A DNA stretch of 51,265 bases, from positions 1 through 51,265 of IMG/VR virus record IMGVR_UViG_3300019761_000008. The stretch is one strand, 5' to 3'. Made by a program: the position numbers and the translations under genes. Position 1 is the first letter of the stretch; each line of letters opens with the position of its first letter. The DNA comes from a virus (taxonomy: Duplodnaviria; Caudoviricetes). Under the pieces are notes generated by a model, which had not been told where the DNA came from, did not search any database, and was given only the letters and a program-made list of their open reading frames with translations. Below are positions 37,331 to 48,065 of the stretch, piece by piece.

Positions 37331-37384
37331 GGTGCAGGCATACTCTTAGGAGGCGTTCCTACGATAGCGTATGTGTCACCGCCA
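37331..37384 (+). ncRNA. Hairpin RNA ending in GCCA (acceptor-stem mimic?)
   Basis: GGTG/CACC, GCATAC/GTATGT, TAGGA/TCCTA stems followed by GCCA. Confidence 0.4.
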
Positions 37385-37753
37385 ATCCCTAAATCAAGCA
37401 CATTTCTCCTCGTGTGTTTGGTTTAGCGATTAACTGCAAAGGATTAATTATGCAACATACAACAGTGTCATGTTTACAATGTGGCAGGTTATTCACTACT
37501 CTTGAGGAATTCCCTTCGATGTGTCCTGAATGTTGGACTTACTCACTAACTTTGACCACGTACGTATGGTCAACTACAAAGGATTAACTATGCCATCAAC
37601 TAGATCAATCCCACCATCAATCTCAGTCATTCTTGACCGTATTGGTTACTGGCAGGAACAAGAAACCAAAACTACGTGCCTAGCTTACAAGCAGCACTGT
37701 GAGCATATGATATTCGAACTTGAGGCAATCAAGGAACTCGTAAAGGAGAAGGC

Positions 37754-38209
37754 ATGAAACTACTACTATTAGCTTTACTAGCTACTCAACTATTCGCATC
37801 TAGTATTGATGTGAAGTGTCTCGCTTTGAATATATACCATGAAGCAAGAGGCTCTAACTTAGCTGACCAAGCTGCTGTTGCTGATGTTGTACTTAATCGA
37901 GTTGAATCTCGTAAGTACCCTAACTCCGTATGTGGAGTAGTCAAGCAAGGCAGAACCTGGAAAGGCAATCCTGTTAAACACAAGTGTCAATTCAGTTGGT
38001 ACTGTGATGGCAAGTCTGATCGTATGACTGACACAGATGCAGCTAAGTCTGCTTACTACATAGCGCATCAGATGCTTGCTAATAACAGATTCCGTGGTAT
38101 TTCTGAGGGATCAACTCATTACCATGCCAACTATGTTAAGCCTTATTGGGCTAAATCATTCGAACTGGTCGGTACAATCGGTCGGCATATCTACTATAGG
38201 AGTAACTAA
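37754..38209 (+). CDS. Cell wall hydrolase, SleB/Hydrolase_2 family, with signal peptide
   Basis: CLALNIYHEARG, VVLNRV, CQFSWYCDGK, THYHANYVKPYWA, IGRHIYY. Confidence 0.92.
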   Translation: MKLLLLALLATQLFASSIDVKCLALNIYHEARGSNLADQAAVADVVLNRVESRKYPNSVCGVVKQGRTWKGNPVKHKCQFSWYCDGKSDRMTDTDAAKSAYYIAHQMLANNRFRGISEGSTHYHANYVKPYWAKSFELVGTIGRHIYYRSN

Positions 38210-38649
38210 TGAATAAGCAAATGTTAGGCTTTGAAGAAGCCCATGAAGACACTACACCAGAAATGTATAACGAGCCTTGTGTATCAGGTAATAATTTACC
38301 AAACCGTTCAGGCATTGCACCAATGAACCGTAAAGATATAGGTGCTACAGTATTACATAACGATATATTGTACTATCTAGGTGAAGACGATTGCCATTAT
38401 TTCGAGAAGGGTAAACTCAACCCTGCAGACTTACCTAAGCTTATAGATGACTTTATTGAACTTGAATCACTAACTGTTGACGGTAAAATAGCTTTTAATC
38501 GTAATAACCGATGGGTTAAGATTACTAGAAAAGATAAGAATGACTTAGTACATATAGCTATGGGCGAGTTTATCTTAACTTGTGATGTGTACTGGATTCC
38601 TTCTGTTAGGGAATTACTTGAACAAACTTTAACTTATTTGCAGGAGTAA
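38209..38649 (+). CDS. Hypothetical protein
   Basis: Coupled ORF with AGGAG RBS. Confidence 0.55.
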   Translation: MNKQMLGFEEAHEDTTPEMYNEPCVSGNNLPNRSGIAPMNRKDIGATVLHNDILYYLGEDDCHYFEKGKLNPADLPKLIDDFIELESLTVDGKIAFNRNNRWVKITRKDKNDLVHIAMGEFILTCDVYWIPSVRELLEQTLTYLQE

Positions 38650-38652
38650 CTA

Positions 38653-39027
38653 ATGAGTACAGAAGAAGAAATTAAACAACTACAAGCAACTATTGATGCT
38701 AAGACAGAAGAACTAAGAGTACTTAAACTTGAGCTTATAGTGAAGCAAGGAAAAGGGACTCTAGCTAGAGTGTCACATCTTATCGAAGAACCTGATGCAC
38801 ATTACGCAGTGTACGCAGTATACGCTCATCATTGGCCTGATAATGACTATAGTACAGAAGAAGGCGGTTGGTTATATGTATATAACAAAAAGAATGAACT
38901 TATAAAAGACTATATAGTGTGGTATAGAGATTCGAATATGGAAAGAACTCCGAATCTAATATCAATACTACCAAAAGGTGAGCATACTATAGAATTATCT
39001 GAGCTTGAAACTATTTTACCTACATAA
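38653..39027 (+). CDS. Hypothetical protein
   Basis: AGGAG RBS. Confidence 0.55.
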   Translation: MSTEEEIKQLQATIDAKTEELRVLKLELIVKQGKGTLARVSHLIEEPDAHYAVYAVYAHHWPDNDYSTEEGGWLYVYNKKNELIKDYIVWYRDSNMERTPNLISILPKGEHTIELSELETILPT

Positions 39028-39219
39028 GGAGTAACTAATATTTTCTCAACTACCAATCACCGAGGAGATCAAGTCTCTTCGTACGTATTATTTGTACATC
39101 AACCAACAACTTGGCGAAGCTACTGATTTAGCTCAACCTGACATCGACGAGTTACAAGCATTGCAGACTTACATCTCAATCCGACTCGTGAACTTGAAAA
39201 ACAAACTAAAGGAACAATC

Positions 39220-39648
39220 ATGAAATGTAAACTCAACCCGTCTATCATCGACTTTCTCTACAAGGCCTTCTTGTGGATTGCTTTATTACCACTAGGTATC
39301 ATAGCTATAATAGCAGTTTACATAGGTATCGGTACTGTTGGGGTATCTATAGTACAAGCTACTGATTCTAACTGGCTTTACCTGGCTCTTATTAGTGAAT
39401 CTAATTTATATCACAGTCCTAATGATTTTTGGTATAGTATAGGTAATAAGCTGATTTGGTTTCCTACAATTATTATATTTTTTATAGGAGTAGGTATCGT
39501 AAGTGTCTATGCTACATACATTGAAACCAAAGAAACATTACACCAACGAAAGCATGACTTACAATATCGATTCGAAACTACTAAGGTGCCTTGGTACAGA
39601 GTACTACTATCATACATTATTGTGTGTGAGAAAACTAAAGACTTATAA
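39220..39648 (+). CDS. Membrane protein
   Basis: Two hydrophobic segments; AAAGGA RBS. Confidence 0.55.
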   Translation: MKCKLNPSIIDFLYKAFLWIALLPLGIIAIIAVYIGIGTVGVSIVQATDSNWLYLALISESNLYHSPNDFWYSIGNKLIWFPTIIIFFIGVGIVSVYATYIETKETLHQRKHDLQYRFETTKVPWYRVLLSYIIVCEKTKDL

Positions 39649-39657
39649 GGAGTCACA

Positions 39658-39918
39658 ATGAAAAAACTACTATTATCATTAACTACTGCTGCTACTCTAG
39701 CAGTATCTGCACAAGCTGGGTGGATTACATCTGCTCAGTCATTTAATGACCCTGAGGTTAAATCAAACAAGTTCTCTTTAGATACTTATGGTTTAAACCC
39801 AAGACTCTACGAGTTTTCTACTTCTAAGCTTGACTGTATTATCGTATATACGGAAAACGATTTAGCCGAAGGAAAACAAGGAAAAATGGCACCTGTTATG
39901 CAGTGTGTTAAGAAATAA
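39658..39918 (+). CDS. Secreted small protein
   Basis: Signal peptide ending AQA. Confidence 0.55.
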   Translation: MKKLLLSLTTAATLAVSAQAGWITSAQSFNDPEVKSNKFSLDTYGLNPRLYEFSTSKLDCIIVYTENDLAEGKQGKMAPVMQCVKK

Positions 39919-39927
39919 AGGACAACT

Positions 39928-41658
39928 ATGAACTTTAAATATAAACCCAACGACTACGTACCTAAACCAGGTGACGTAATCCAGCGTAACGAAGTAAACC
40001 CTAACAACTATACTACTGAAGGTAACCTATATGTAGTAGGTAGTGATAACTGCTACGTAGATGACACAGGAGATAGTGTAGTACCTTCTAATTCATACTG
40101 GAACACTATCGAAACACTACCTGGCTCAGAAACTAAACCCGGTGACTTATGTATAGTAGTAGCTGACTCTCCGGAATATGGTAACCAAGGTGACGTGTTT
40201 ACCGCTGTTGCTATTAATCACTTTTCCACTCAAGCCAAAAGAGATGATGGTAAACCTTGGGTTTGGTTAAAAGATGTAGTAGTTCTCTGCCAAGAAGAAT
40301 CTACTGCTGAGCCAGCCGAGCCTGAGTTTACATATCCTATCTACAAGAAGTGGAAAAGCGATGATTCTGTATTCAAGTTCACTTCTATCGATGAATCTGT
40401 ATGCACAGTACCTGATGAGTTTCATACAGTTGGTATGGTTAATGAAATTACACACCATACTGACCCTTGGTGGGAGGACTTCGATCCTACTAGCTCTGAA
40501 GGCTACGACCATCAGTACAACTACTTCAAGTCTAAGCTTGACCTCATCGACTTGTCATTCTTAGTCCACAACGACATTGTAGTCAAGACTTTCGGCTCAA
40601 TTCCATTAGCTCAAGCTATTGTAGACAGAGCGCGTGAATGTGGTGGTTATGACCCTAGGGATGTATCAGACTACGTCGGTGTATCCGATGAAGACAAGTG
40701 TTTCGGAAGCAGCCCTTCTTGCTCGCTGCATAGTCCTGAATGGTATTATAAAGCCAACGACTACACCATCCTCACATGGGAAGAACTACTTGCCTACGAA
40801 GATATCATAGAAGAACCTGAAGAGGTAGTAAAAAACCTTTGTATGGAAATACCTGTACCCGAACTATCGCATGAAATGCAACCAACAAAGGAAGAACCAA
40901 TGAAAAACCCGTTTAAAAAAGGTGACTTAGTAAGAGTCGTTAAATCAAGTATGTTCAGTAGCCGACCGGTCGAGCATACAGTACTAGGTGTTGACGAAGA
41001 CCGTGTGTACTACAAAGACGAATGCTCTGCTCATTACCAAAACTTCGAACTAGTTACCAAAGCAGAAGACTTAGTCGAACCTACCGAACCAGAAGACTAC
41101 ATCGAAGTAGACTCTACATGGGAACGAAAAGAAACTGACGGCAGCGGCTCTGCAGGTGAACGTGTGTCAGTAATTAAAACTACCTCAAGTGACTGGGTAG
41201 AATTTAGTGGTTGTAGAGCGTTACCCAGACAGAGATTCCTAAAGAAATTCAAACTCGTATCAAACCCAAGTGCTCCAGTAGCAACAACAGAAACATCAGA
41301 AACAACAGCTCCAAAGGAAAACATTATGCCAACACACAATTCAGTAAACTTCACAGACGCAAGACCAGCACCAAAGACTCTTCAAGACTTATTAAACGAG
41401 ATGTTTGGAGCACAGTTAGTTACAGACTTAAAAAACAAACCAGCTACATTAGCTATGGTATTCGATGCAGACGAAGACTTAGTTGAAATCATTGCATTAC
41501 CAAACGACAAAGCTGCTATCAAGTTATTACAAAACAATGCTAGAAAGTATTTAGATTACACTATCTCTACTTACAGCTACAACGATACTCACTCTATCCA
41601 GTTCCCTGTTTCATCTGAAAAAGCTGAACTAAAAGCTGCTAAAAAGAAAAGTAAATAA
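39928..41658 (+). CDS. Modular hypothetical protein (576 aa)
   Basis: Repeated (K/P)GD-x-V small beta domains separated by EPE linkers. Confidence 0.65.
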   Translation: MNFKYKPNDYVPKPGDVIQRNEVNPNNYTTEGNLYVVGSDNCYVDDTGDSVVPSNSYWNTIETLPGSETKPGDLCIVVADSPEYGNQGDVFTAVAINHFSTQAKRDDGKPWVWLKDVVVLCQEESTAEPAEPEFTYPIYKKWKSDDSVFKFTSIDESVCTVPDEFHTVGMVNEITHHTDPWWEDFDPTSSEGYDHQYNYFKSKLDLIDLSFLVHNDIVVKTFGSIPLAQAIVDRARECGGYDPRDVSDYVGVSDEDKCFGSSPSCSLHSPEWYYKANDYTILTWEELLAYEDIIEEPEEVVKNLCMEIPVPELSHEMQPTKEEPMKNPFKKGDLVRVVKSSMFSSRPVEHTVLGVDEDRVYYKDECSAHYQNFELVTKAEDLVEPTEPEDYIEVDSTWERKETDGSGSAGERVSVIKTTSSDWVEFSGCRALPRQRFLKKFKLVSNPSAPVATTETSETTAPKENIMPTHNSVNFTDARPAPKTLQDLLNEMFGAQLVTDLKNKPATLAMVFDADEDLVEIIALPNDKAAIKLLQNNARKYLDYTISTYSYNDTHSIQFPVSSEKAELKAAKKKSK

Positions 41659-42066
41659 CCATGTCAGTTAGAACTAGACTAAACAAAGGCAAAGCTGCTG
41701 CAAAGAAAGCTTTCAGAAGAGCCCAAGTAGGAAACTACTGGACTCAAATTACTGTTGTTTCATCTGGCGAAAAGGTATACAATAACCTTAAGAAGATAAA
41801 AGAAACTAGACTTGATCCAATGGTAGCTACTATCTTAAAAGAAGCTAGAAAGGCTTCTAACAAGTAACCCAGGAATCCTCCTGGTTTACATCACTCAGTA
41901 GCAACTTGCTATTGACTAATTTAAACAGGAGCCACTATGAATTCTATTGACAACTTTACAGACAAGCCTATTATAACTAATGAACTCACAAGCCTACGTA
42001 GCGAGCTTGTAGACTTACAGCATTACGTAGTACGATTAGAATCAGAAATAAGGAGGAGAGCAGACT

Positions 42067-42558
42067 ATGTCAACTATAGACGACGCATTGCGGCAAGGCA
42101 GCTACAGACACCAAGAGCGAGCGGACTTAGTTACGGCAGTGGAATCTTTAGGTAATAAAGTAACTACTTTAGAAGCTACTCTACAGCAAGTACTTGACAA
42201 CCACATCAAGGAACCTGAACAAGAAGAAACTATAATTATAGGTGGTAACACTTACTACAAGGCTTTACTGGTGGCTAGTGCTAAGATAAGCAGTAGCAAA
42301 TTTGATGAATACCATAACGACTTACCGAGATTTACAATATTGTACCCAGAAACCAGCAAAGAATGCTTAGTTAAGCCTACAAAAGACAAACCCAACATCA
42401 TACAAGGTGATGACCCTAGACCTGCTTTTAAGTACAAAGGCAAGTATTACTCTCATTACTTACTTAAGGATGCTGTGCGTTGTGGTATACCCCCTGAAGA
42501 GTTCATAAACTTATACCCTGTCACATCAGAAAATTTCGAGGTAGCATACAATGGCTAG
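42067..42558 (+). CDS. Hypothetical protein
   Basis: AGGAG RBS; N-terminal coiled coil. Confidence 0.5.
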   Translation: MSTIDDALRQGSYRHQERADLVTAVESLGNKVTTLEATLQQVLDNHIKEPEQEETIIIGGNTYYKALLVASAKISSSKFDEYHNDLPRFTILYPETSKECLVKPTKDKPNIIQGDDPRPAFKYKGKYYSHYLLKDAVRCGIPPEEFINLYPVTSENFEVAYNG

Positions 42559-42667
42559 AGGCATAAACGACGTATACGAATCACTAGGTATACCACAAAG
42601 TAAGGAGCTCATAATGGCAATCGATGAAACACGGGATTACCCACAACAACACGAAAAAGGAAACAAC

Positions 42668-43756
42668 ATGGAAAATACAGATGGAGAAACTATAGCAGTA
42701 GAAATCATAGAAGAAACTGAAATAATAATCGAAGAAGTAACAGAATCAAGCGAAGACTTGACTAAACTTCTTACCAAGTTCCAGTCAGCAAAAGCCAAAG
42801 CAACAAAACAATCAGCTATCCTGACAGACGATACAACAATTAAGAACATGGACTCTATCAACGAAATGGTTGCAGAAGCTATGTTAAAAATAGGTGACTT
42901 TGCATCATCTGGTCAAAAGGAAGGTTTCTTCAAATCAAAGATGTCCACTGCTCTAGCTGTAATCGACCCTAACGAGAAGTGGGCTGCTAAGTGGCTTGAC
43001 AACTCTGAAGAAAAAGCCAAAGTAGCTGAGATGAACAACAAGTCAATCACTGAAGTTATCTCATCATTAGTAGCTGACATCGAAGCACAGCGTGACTCTG
43101 TAATTACTTACATCGAAAATGCTGCTCAAGTCAAATCCGCAATGGAAGAAACATCAAAGACTTACGAAAAACTACTAAAGAAAGCCCACAAAGTATTAGC
43201 TACTGCAGAGGAGAACACTCGTAAGCACTTCGATGCACAGTACCTAGTTACAACTCTAACTGCCTCTATCGAAGCAATTAGTACTGATATAGCTTCTCAT
43301 GTAAATCCTTTACTTGCAGCTGCTAACATCTCTGTAACTCAAATCACTACAATCTTACCTACTATCGAAAACGACTTGCAATCAAAGATGGGATTCAAAG
43401 CATTCCAACAGAAGCTATCTGACCTTAACGAGATGACAGCAAACGTAGCTAACATGACTGCAAACGTAGGTGAAAAAATCCGCTCTGAGGTTAACGAAAC
43501 AATCTACAAGTCTATCGAGATGCTAGGTGAAACTGGCCTTGACACTGATAGGATGAAGAAGATAGCCGACGAAGAGTCTAAACACCAAGCAAAAATCGCT
43601 CAAGTTATGAACAAGACTCAAGCTAAAATCAACCAAACGTTCAACGACGTACAACAACTTGCTCTTGAATCATCTGCAAAGCGTGAAGAGACTAACAATA
43701 GGCTTCTAGCTGATTACTCACAAGTAGTTAATCCACCTAAAGGACTGGATCTATGA
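42668..43756 (+). CDS. Coiled-coil protein, possibly TelA (toxic anion resistance)-like
   Basis: All-helical heptad pattern; likely start 42668 with AAAAAGGA RBS. Family call is weak. Confidence 0.4.
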   Translation: MENTDGETIAVEIIEETEIIIEEVTESSEDLTKLLTKFQSAKAKATKQSAILTDDTTIKNMDSINEMVAEAMLKIGDFASSGQKEGFFKSKMSTALAVIDPNEKWAAKWLDNSEEKAKVAEMNNKSITEVISSLVADIEAQRDSVITYIENAAQVKSAMEETSKTYEKLLKKAHKVLATAEENTRKHFDAQYLVTTLTASIEAISTDIASHVNPLLAAANISVTQITTILPTIENDLQSKMGFKAFQQKLSDLNEMTANVANMTANVGEKIRSEVNETIYKSIEMLGETGLDTDRMKKIADEESKHQAKIAQVMNKTQAKINQTFNDVQQLALESSAKREETNNRLLADYSQVVNPPKGLDL

Positions 43757-43961
43757 AACGTGAGATAGAGGATATTCGCATACGAACTGTTACTACTCCA
43801 AATATAGCCACTGAGCAGCTTGATGATATTGCTAATGCTTTTATTAAAACACATCTAAGGCTTGACTATGAGCTACATACTTCCAACATTGTATGCAGTG
43901 GTAGTAGGGTAATGACCCAACTTACGTTCATCAAATATAAACAACCGAAAGGAATCGACTT

Positions 43962-44492
43962 ATGACGCCTATAAAAGATATGTCACCATCTGAAGTACAG
44001 CAATTAGTAGCTTACACTACTGCCGCAGGTACTTCTATCTACTACTCTGGTATTACTCACATCAATGCAGATTCTATTCTCTACAACGATGAGCTTCTAC
44101 CTAATCTATCTCCTGTAGTAGTTGACTCACTCAAATCCGGCAAAGCTCGCTATGAAGCCTACCGTCTATTAATGACTCCTCAGGAGGTCTCTACGTTCAT
44201 TAACAACCAAGTCGACACATTAGTCGCTGACCGTATCGAACGTGCCATACAAGCCACCGCTGAGCCATTAACAGCTACGATGCAGCAACTTGCTTCTGAG
44301 ATGATCTCAACTAAACAAAGTGTATCTGACATGCGTAATGCTGTTAGCTCTATTGAATCATTCTTACCTGCAGCATTCTCTGAAGAGATGAAGAACAAGT
44401 ATGAAACTGTTCACACTAACTTACTAAATGCCGAAGCTGACTTCAAGCTAGTTAACAACCAACTGAAGAGTCTACTTGTAACAGAGGAGTAA
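43962..44492 (+). CDS. Hypothetical protein
   Basis: AAAGGA RBS; coiled-coil C-terminus. Confidence 0.55.
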   Translation: MTPIKDMSPSEVQQLVAYTTAAGTSIYYSGITHINADSILYNDELLPNLSPVVVDSLKSGKARYEAYRLLMTPQEVSTFINNQVDTLVADRIERAIQATAEPLTATMQQLASEMISTKQSVSDMRNAVSSIESFLPAAFSEEMKNKYETVHTNLLNAEADFKLVNNQLKSLLVTEE

Positions 44493-44495
44493 GCC

Positions 44496-45152
44496 ATGTT
44501 CGCCTTCACCAAGAAGCAAAAACAACGTAAGCTGTATAACAAGTCTTATGAACTCTACGAAAAGTTAGCTGCTGAGTACACCAGCAAAGCAGACGATATT
44601 CTAGCCATGCCTGATGACTTACAAGAAGTTACTAACTCTCAGTATAAACTCGACCTTAGTAAGCTTGCAGCTAACTTCGACTTAGTCCGTGACTCTATTG
44701 AGGACATCGGTAGTATCCGCAACGAATCCGACGCTTGGAAGTTCAAGAAGACAGCTCACTCTGAAGGTCGTATGTATGATATAATAGGTATTAGTCCTTC
44801 TAAGTTTGACGCATTTCAAATAGTAACGCACTACAGCTCTCCGGCTTTCAAGCTACAACGAGCTATCGATGTCTTAACTTCTGACTCATCAGAGCCTAAG
44901 CTTATCAAGCATGTTCGTAACCGTGTACTCAACTCGCTACGTAAGCGTCTAACTAGATACTATGCTGAGGTTTCTGAACGTTATGGTGTAGTTGTTATCT
45001 CTCCTGAGGAAGTATCTGTAGTGTTGGATATGCCATTAACTGTACGGGATACTGCTTACATCCATTACGACCATACTGCAGGACTATCTGCTGATTTTCT
45101 ACCTCGAGTAGCTAAACAATTCAAAACTAACATCTCAGTAGTAGGTGTGTAA
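44496..45152 (+). CDS. Hypothetical protein
   Basis: GAGGAG RBS. Confidence 0.55.
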   Translation: MFAFTKKQKQRKLYNKSYELYEKLAAEYTSKADDILAMPDDLQEVTNSQYKLDLSKLAANFDLVRDSIEDIGSIRNESDAWKFKKTAHSEGRMYDIIGISPSKFDAFQIVTHYSSPAFKLQRAIDVLTSDSSEPKLIKHVRNRVLNSLRKRLTRYYAEVSERYGVVVISPEEVSVVLDMPLTVRDTAYIHYDHTAGLSADFLPRVAKQFKTNISVVGV

Positions 45153-45160
45153 GGACAACT

Positions 45161-45820
45161 ATGAATAAACAATTAATAATAGATAACAAAGAATGCTTTG
45201 ACCACTGGCTTGCTGGTGGTAAGTTGTTATGTAAATTGACGACCAGCACAACCGCTAAGTACGAACAGTGGCTGGATCCGGAAGACAGCGATAATGAGCT
45301 AGCTATCTTTAATGACGTTGGCTACGGAGCCATCTACATAATCAACGACGAGTACTCTGATTACAGGAAGGCTTTGGCCGAAGGCGCTGAACTTCTGCAG
45401 TGTTACCAAGGTCGAGGGTCTACCGGTGAACGTGAGCCGTTTAACGGTACGTTTAACTCTAATTTTACCTATACAATCAAACCTGACGAACCTAAGTTCA
45501 AAGTAGGTGATTGGGTTTGCTACGTTGATCAGGAGTTAATGAGTGACTATCCTCGAGTACTGCAAGTTTCTGAATATCTTGATGAAGACAACATAATTCT
45601 TACAGGATTTGATGGACACAACCAACATGATGAGTTGGAACTTTGGGTACCTCAACCAGGTGAGTATTGTAAGTTCTACGACGTTGATGAGGCTATGTTT
45701 ACTGTAGCTCCGTATGGATTCTGTGATTATAACTCTGAGATTCAATTGGAGTATTTTTCCAGTAATTTTGACTATTGCGAACCTTACCTCGAACCACTTC
45801 CAGCTCATCTACAGGAGTAA
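45161..45820 (+). CDS. Modular hypothetical protein
   Basis: KFKVGDWV and WVPQPGEYC motifs; AAGGA RBS. Confidence 0.55.
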   Translation: MNKQLIIDNKECFDHWLAGGKLLCKLTTSTTAKYEQWLDPEDSDNELAIFNDVGYGAIYIINDEYSDYRKALAEGAELLQCYQGRGSTGEREPFNGTFNSNFTYTIKPDEPKFKVGDWVCYVDQELMSDYPRVLQVSEYLDEDNIILTGFDGHNQHDELELWVPQPGEYCKFYDVDEAMFTVAPYGFCDYNSEIQLEYFSSNFDYCEPYLEPLPAHLQE

Positions 45821-45824
45821 CTCA

Positions 45825-46280
45825 AATCCAACCTTGGTGTTGGTGTTAGCAACTGACTTAGTTGACTCCAAGGAATGACTTCGCCTTAAAGACAGTCACA
45901 AACAAGCAGAGTCTTATCCTTCGGGATTCGTACATCTGTGACAAGCCAGCGGAGTGAATGACTCGTATCATTTATGGGATGAAAACTCTCAATAACCGCA
46001 CTACGCAGACTTGGCTTACTGTAGCTAAATCTATACCACTTGTAAGGTGTAGTGGATTTATATGTTTATCTTATAAACAGTGCCGTAGCTAGGACTAGGC
46101 TCAAAAATACCTAGTTAGTTTTTAATCAGTTCATGTATTTTACCTAGTAAAGAAATACGAACAAGTTGCTAATGCTCACATTAGTAGGGGATACAAGTCC
46201 CTTCCATACATCTATAGATTAGACTAGCCCAACAATCCTTGTATTAGGAGAAGTGTGCTAGTCGTATGTATAGACCAACT
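45825..46280 (+). ncRNA. Candidate structured non-coding RNA(s)
   Basis: Gene-free block densely packed with stems, including a C-UUCG-G loop. Confidence 0.45.
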
Positions 46281-46958
46281 TAAAGGAAACAACATGGATG
46301 CATTCAAAAGACATATGTTTGAAGATACAGGACCAGGAGGACTTAAATGTCCTTGCTGTAATAGTTCAAGAGGCAAAACAAAAAATAGTCATGTAGGCAA
46401 AGACAACAGTCTTAATAAAAAAGCTAGACGTAAATTAAAAGAAGACACCAAGAAAGAGATAAAGGAAACAATATGAATACTTATAGCTTCATGGAAGCAG
46501 TTGAGATACTAAATAAAAAGCATGACTCAACCAGAGAACGCTACTACGCAGAACGAGTAGATAAACCCGGACCATGTACAGCTAGTTACCAATTTCAAAT
46601 ACCAGTAAGGCTACTACCGCAAGTACTTCAGCTATTAGACGGTAAATACTTCATAGTAGAAGTATCGGACCTACAGGCACAATGGGCAATTAAACAAAAG
46701 GAAACAAATGAAAAACAACTTTGAAAACTTAACAAACGAACAGCTAGCAAGACTTGTACCTGAACCTACGTACGACGAAATAGAGAAGTACGAGAACCTC
46801 AACTACGGGCAATACATAGGCGGCTTCGTAGACGACTTTAAAATAGACTATGCAAAGATAGCAGAATCACCTAGAGAACAGATGCTGGAGTGCATAAACA
46901 ATTGCGGTTACGGAAATAACTCTATATAAGCATAATAGATTAACTTAAAGGAAACAAC

Positions 46959-48065
46959 ATGAACACAACACAATTTTTCACATCACCAAACGGCAGAGTC
47001 GAGCTAATCAAAGCTGACATCGATTCACTACAACCAGCACTTACTCCAGCAGTCTACGAAGCTAGGTACGACGAAGGTGTTTACTACCTTCAGTACGTAT
47101 CTGAGTTGGGCTACCAAGTACCTACTAAGCGTTACGGCTCTATCGATACCAGAGCTGATAAAGTCTTATCCACTTTCAATTCATCTGACTCATGTCTAGG
47201 TGTCAAAGCAACTGGCCTTAAGGGTGCCGGCAAATCTGGCTTAATGAAGCTAATCTGCTACAAAGCTCAACTTCCTGTTATCAAGATAAGCAAACCATTC
47301 TTCGGACCCGGTTTCAATCAGTTCTTGCAGGACTTAGGTACTTGTGTAGTTTTCTTCGATGAATTCGAGAAAGTCTACAACGACGCTGGTACAGCCGAAT
47401 CTGAAGACGGCGGAAGTGTCTACAGTTCGCAGGATGCTTTACTCAATCTATTCGATGGTACAGTTCCTGGCAAGCGTCTACACCTAGTTACAGCTAATCG
47501 TGACAGGGACATCAACAACTTCATGCGAGGTCGACTTGGTAGATTTCTGTACAACTTCAAATACGACAAGCTCGAAGCTGAAGTAATTGCAGGTTACGCC
47601 AAAGATAACAAGCTTCCTAAAAAAATCCGCAAGGAACTACTTGACATTAGTCATACTATTCCTGAGTTCTCTTTCGACGTACTACAAGGAATCTGTTCTG
47701 AGTACTTACGCTACAAGCAACCTATCAAGGAGCTGGTAGCTGACCTGGATGTTGAAATCAGGTTATCTACTAACAAGCTTAAGATCAATGAAGTAATGTT
47801 CAAACCCACTCTTGGCTACCATGACTGTCAGCTTAAGTCTTCTATCATGGATAGTTATGATATGCAAAGGGAGTTACGTATACCTGTTACGTACCTAAGG
47901 AAGTCTGATGATCCATCTAGCAGGTCTGAAGATAGCATTTATGTGGATTCTAATGAGATAGTATACAACGATGGTGCTACTATTATCTACGAAAGCAAGT
48001 GGGTGAAGCTATCTGGTACTATCATCAAAGACGAGATTGACTTCTCTCAGCTTAGAGCATTTTAA
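46959..48065 (+). CDS. AAA+ ATPase
   Basis: Walker A GLKGAGKS, Walker B VVFFDEFEK, LLNLFDG, TAN sensor, RLGRF arginine finger. Confidence 0.88.
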   Translation: MNTTQFFTSPNGRVELIKADIDSLQPALTPAVYEARYDEGVYYLQYVSELGYQVPTKRYGSIDTRADKVLSTFNSSDSCLGVKATGLKGAGKSGLMKLICYKAQLPVIKISKPFFGPGFNQFLQDLGTCVVFFDEFEKVYNDAGTAESEDGGSVYSSQDALLNLFDGTVPGKRLHLVTANRDRDINNFMRGRLGRFLYNFKYDKLEAEVIAGYAKDNKLPKKIRKELLDISHTIPEFSFDVLQGICSEYLRYKQPIKELVADLDVEIRLSTNKLKINEVMFKPTLGYHDCQLKSSIMDSYDMQRELRIPVTYLRKSDDPSSRSEDSIYVDSNEIVYNDGATIIYESKWVKLSGTIIKDEIDFSQLRAF

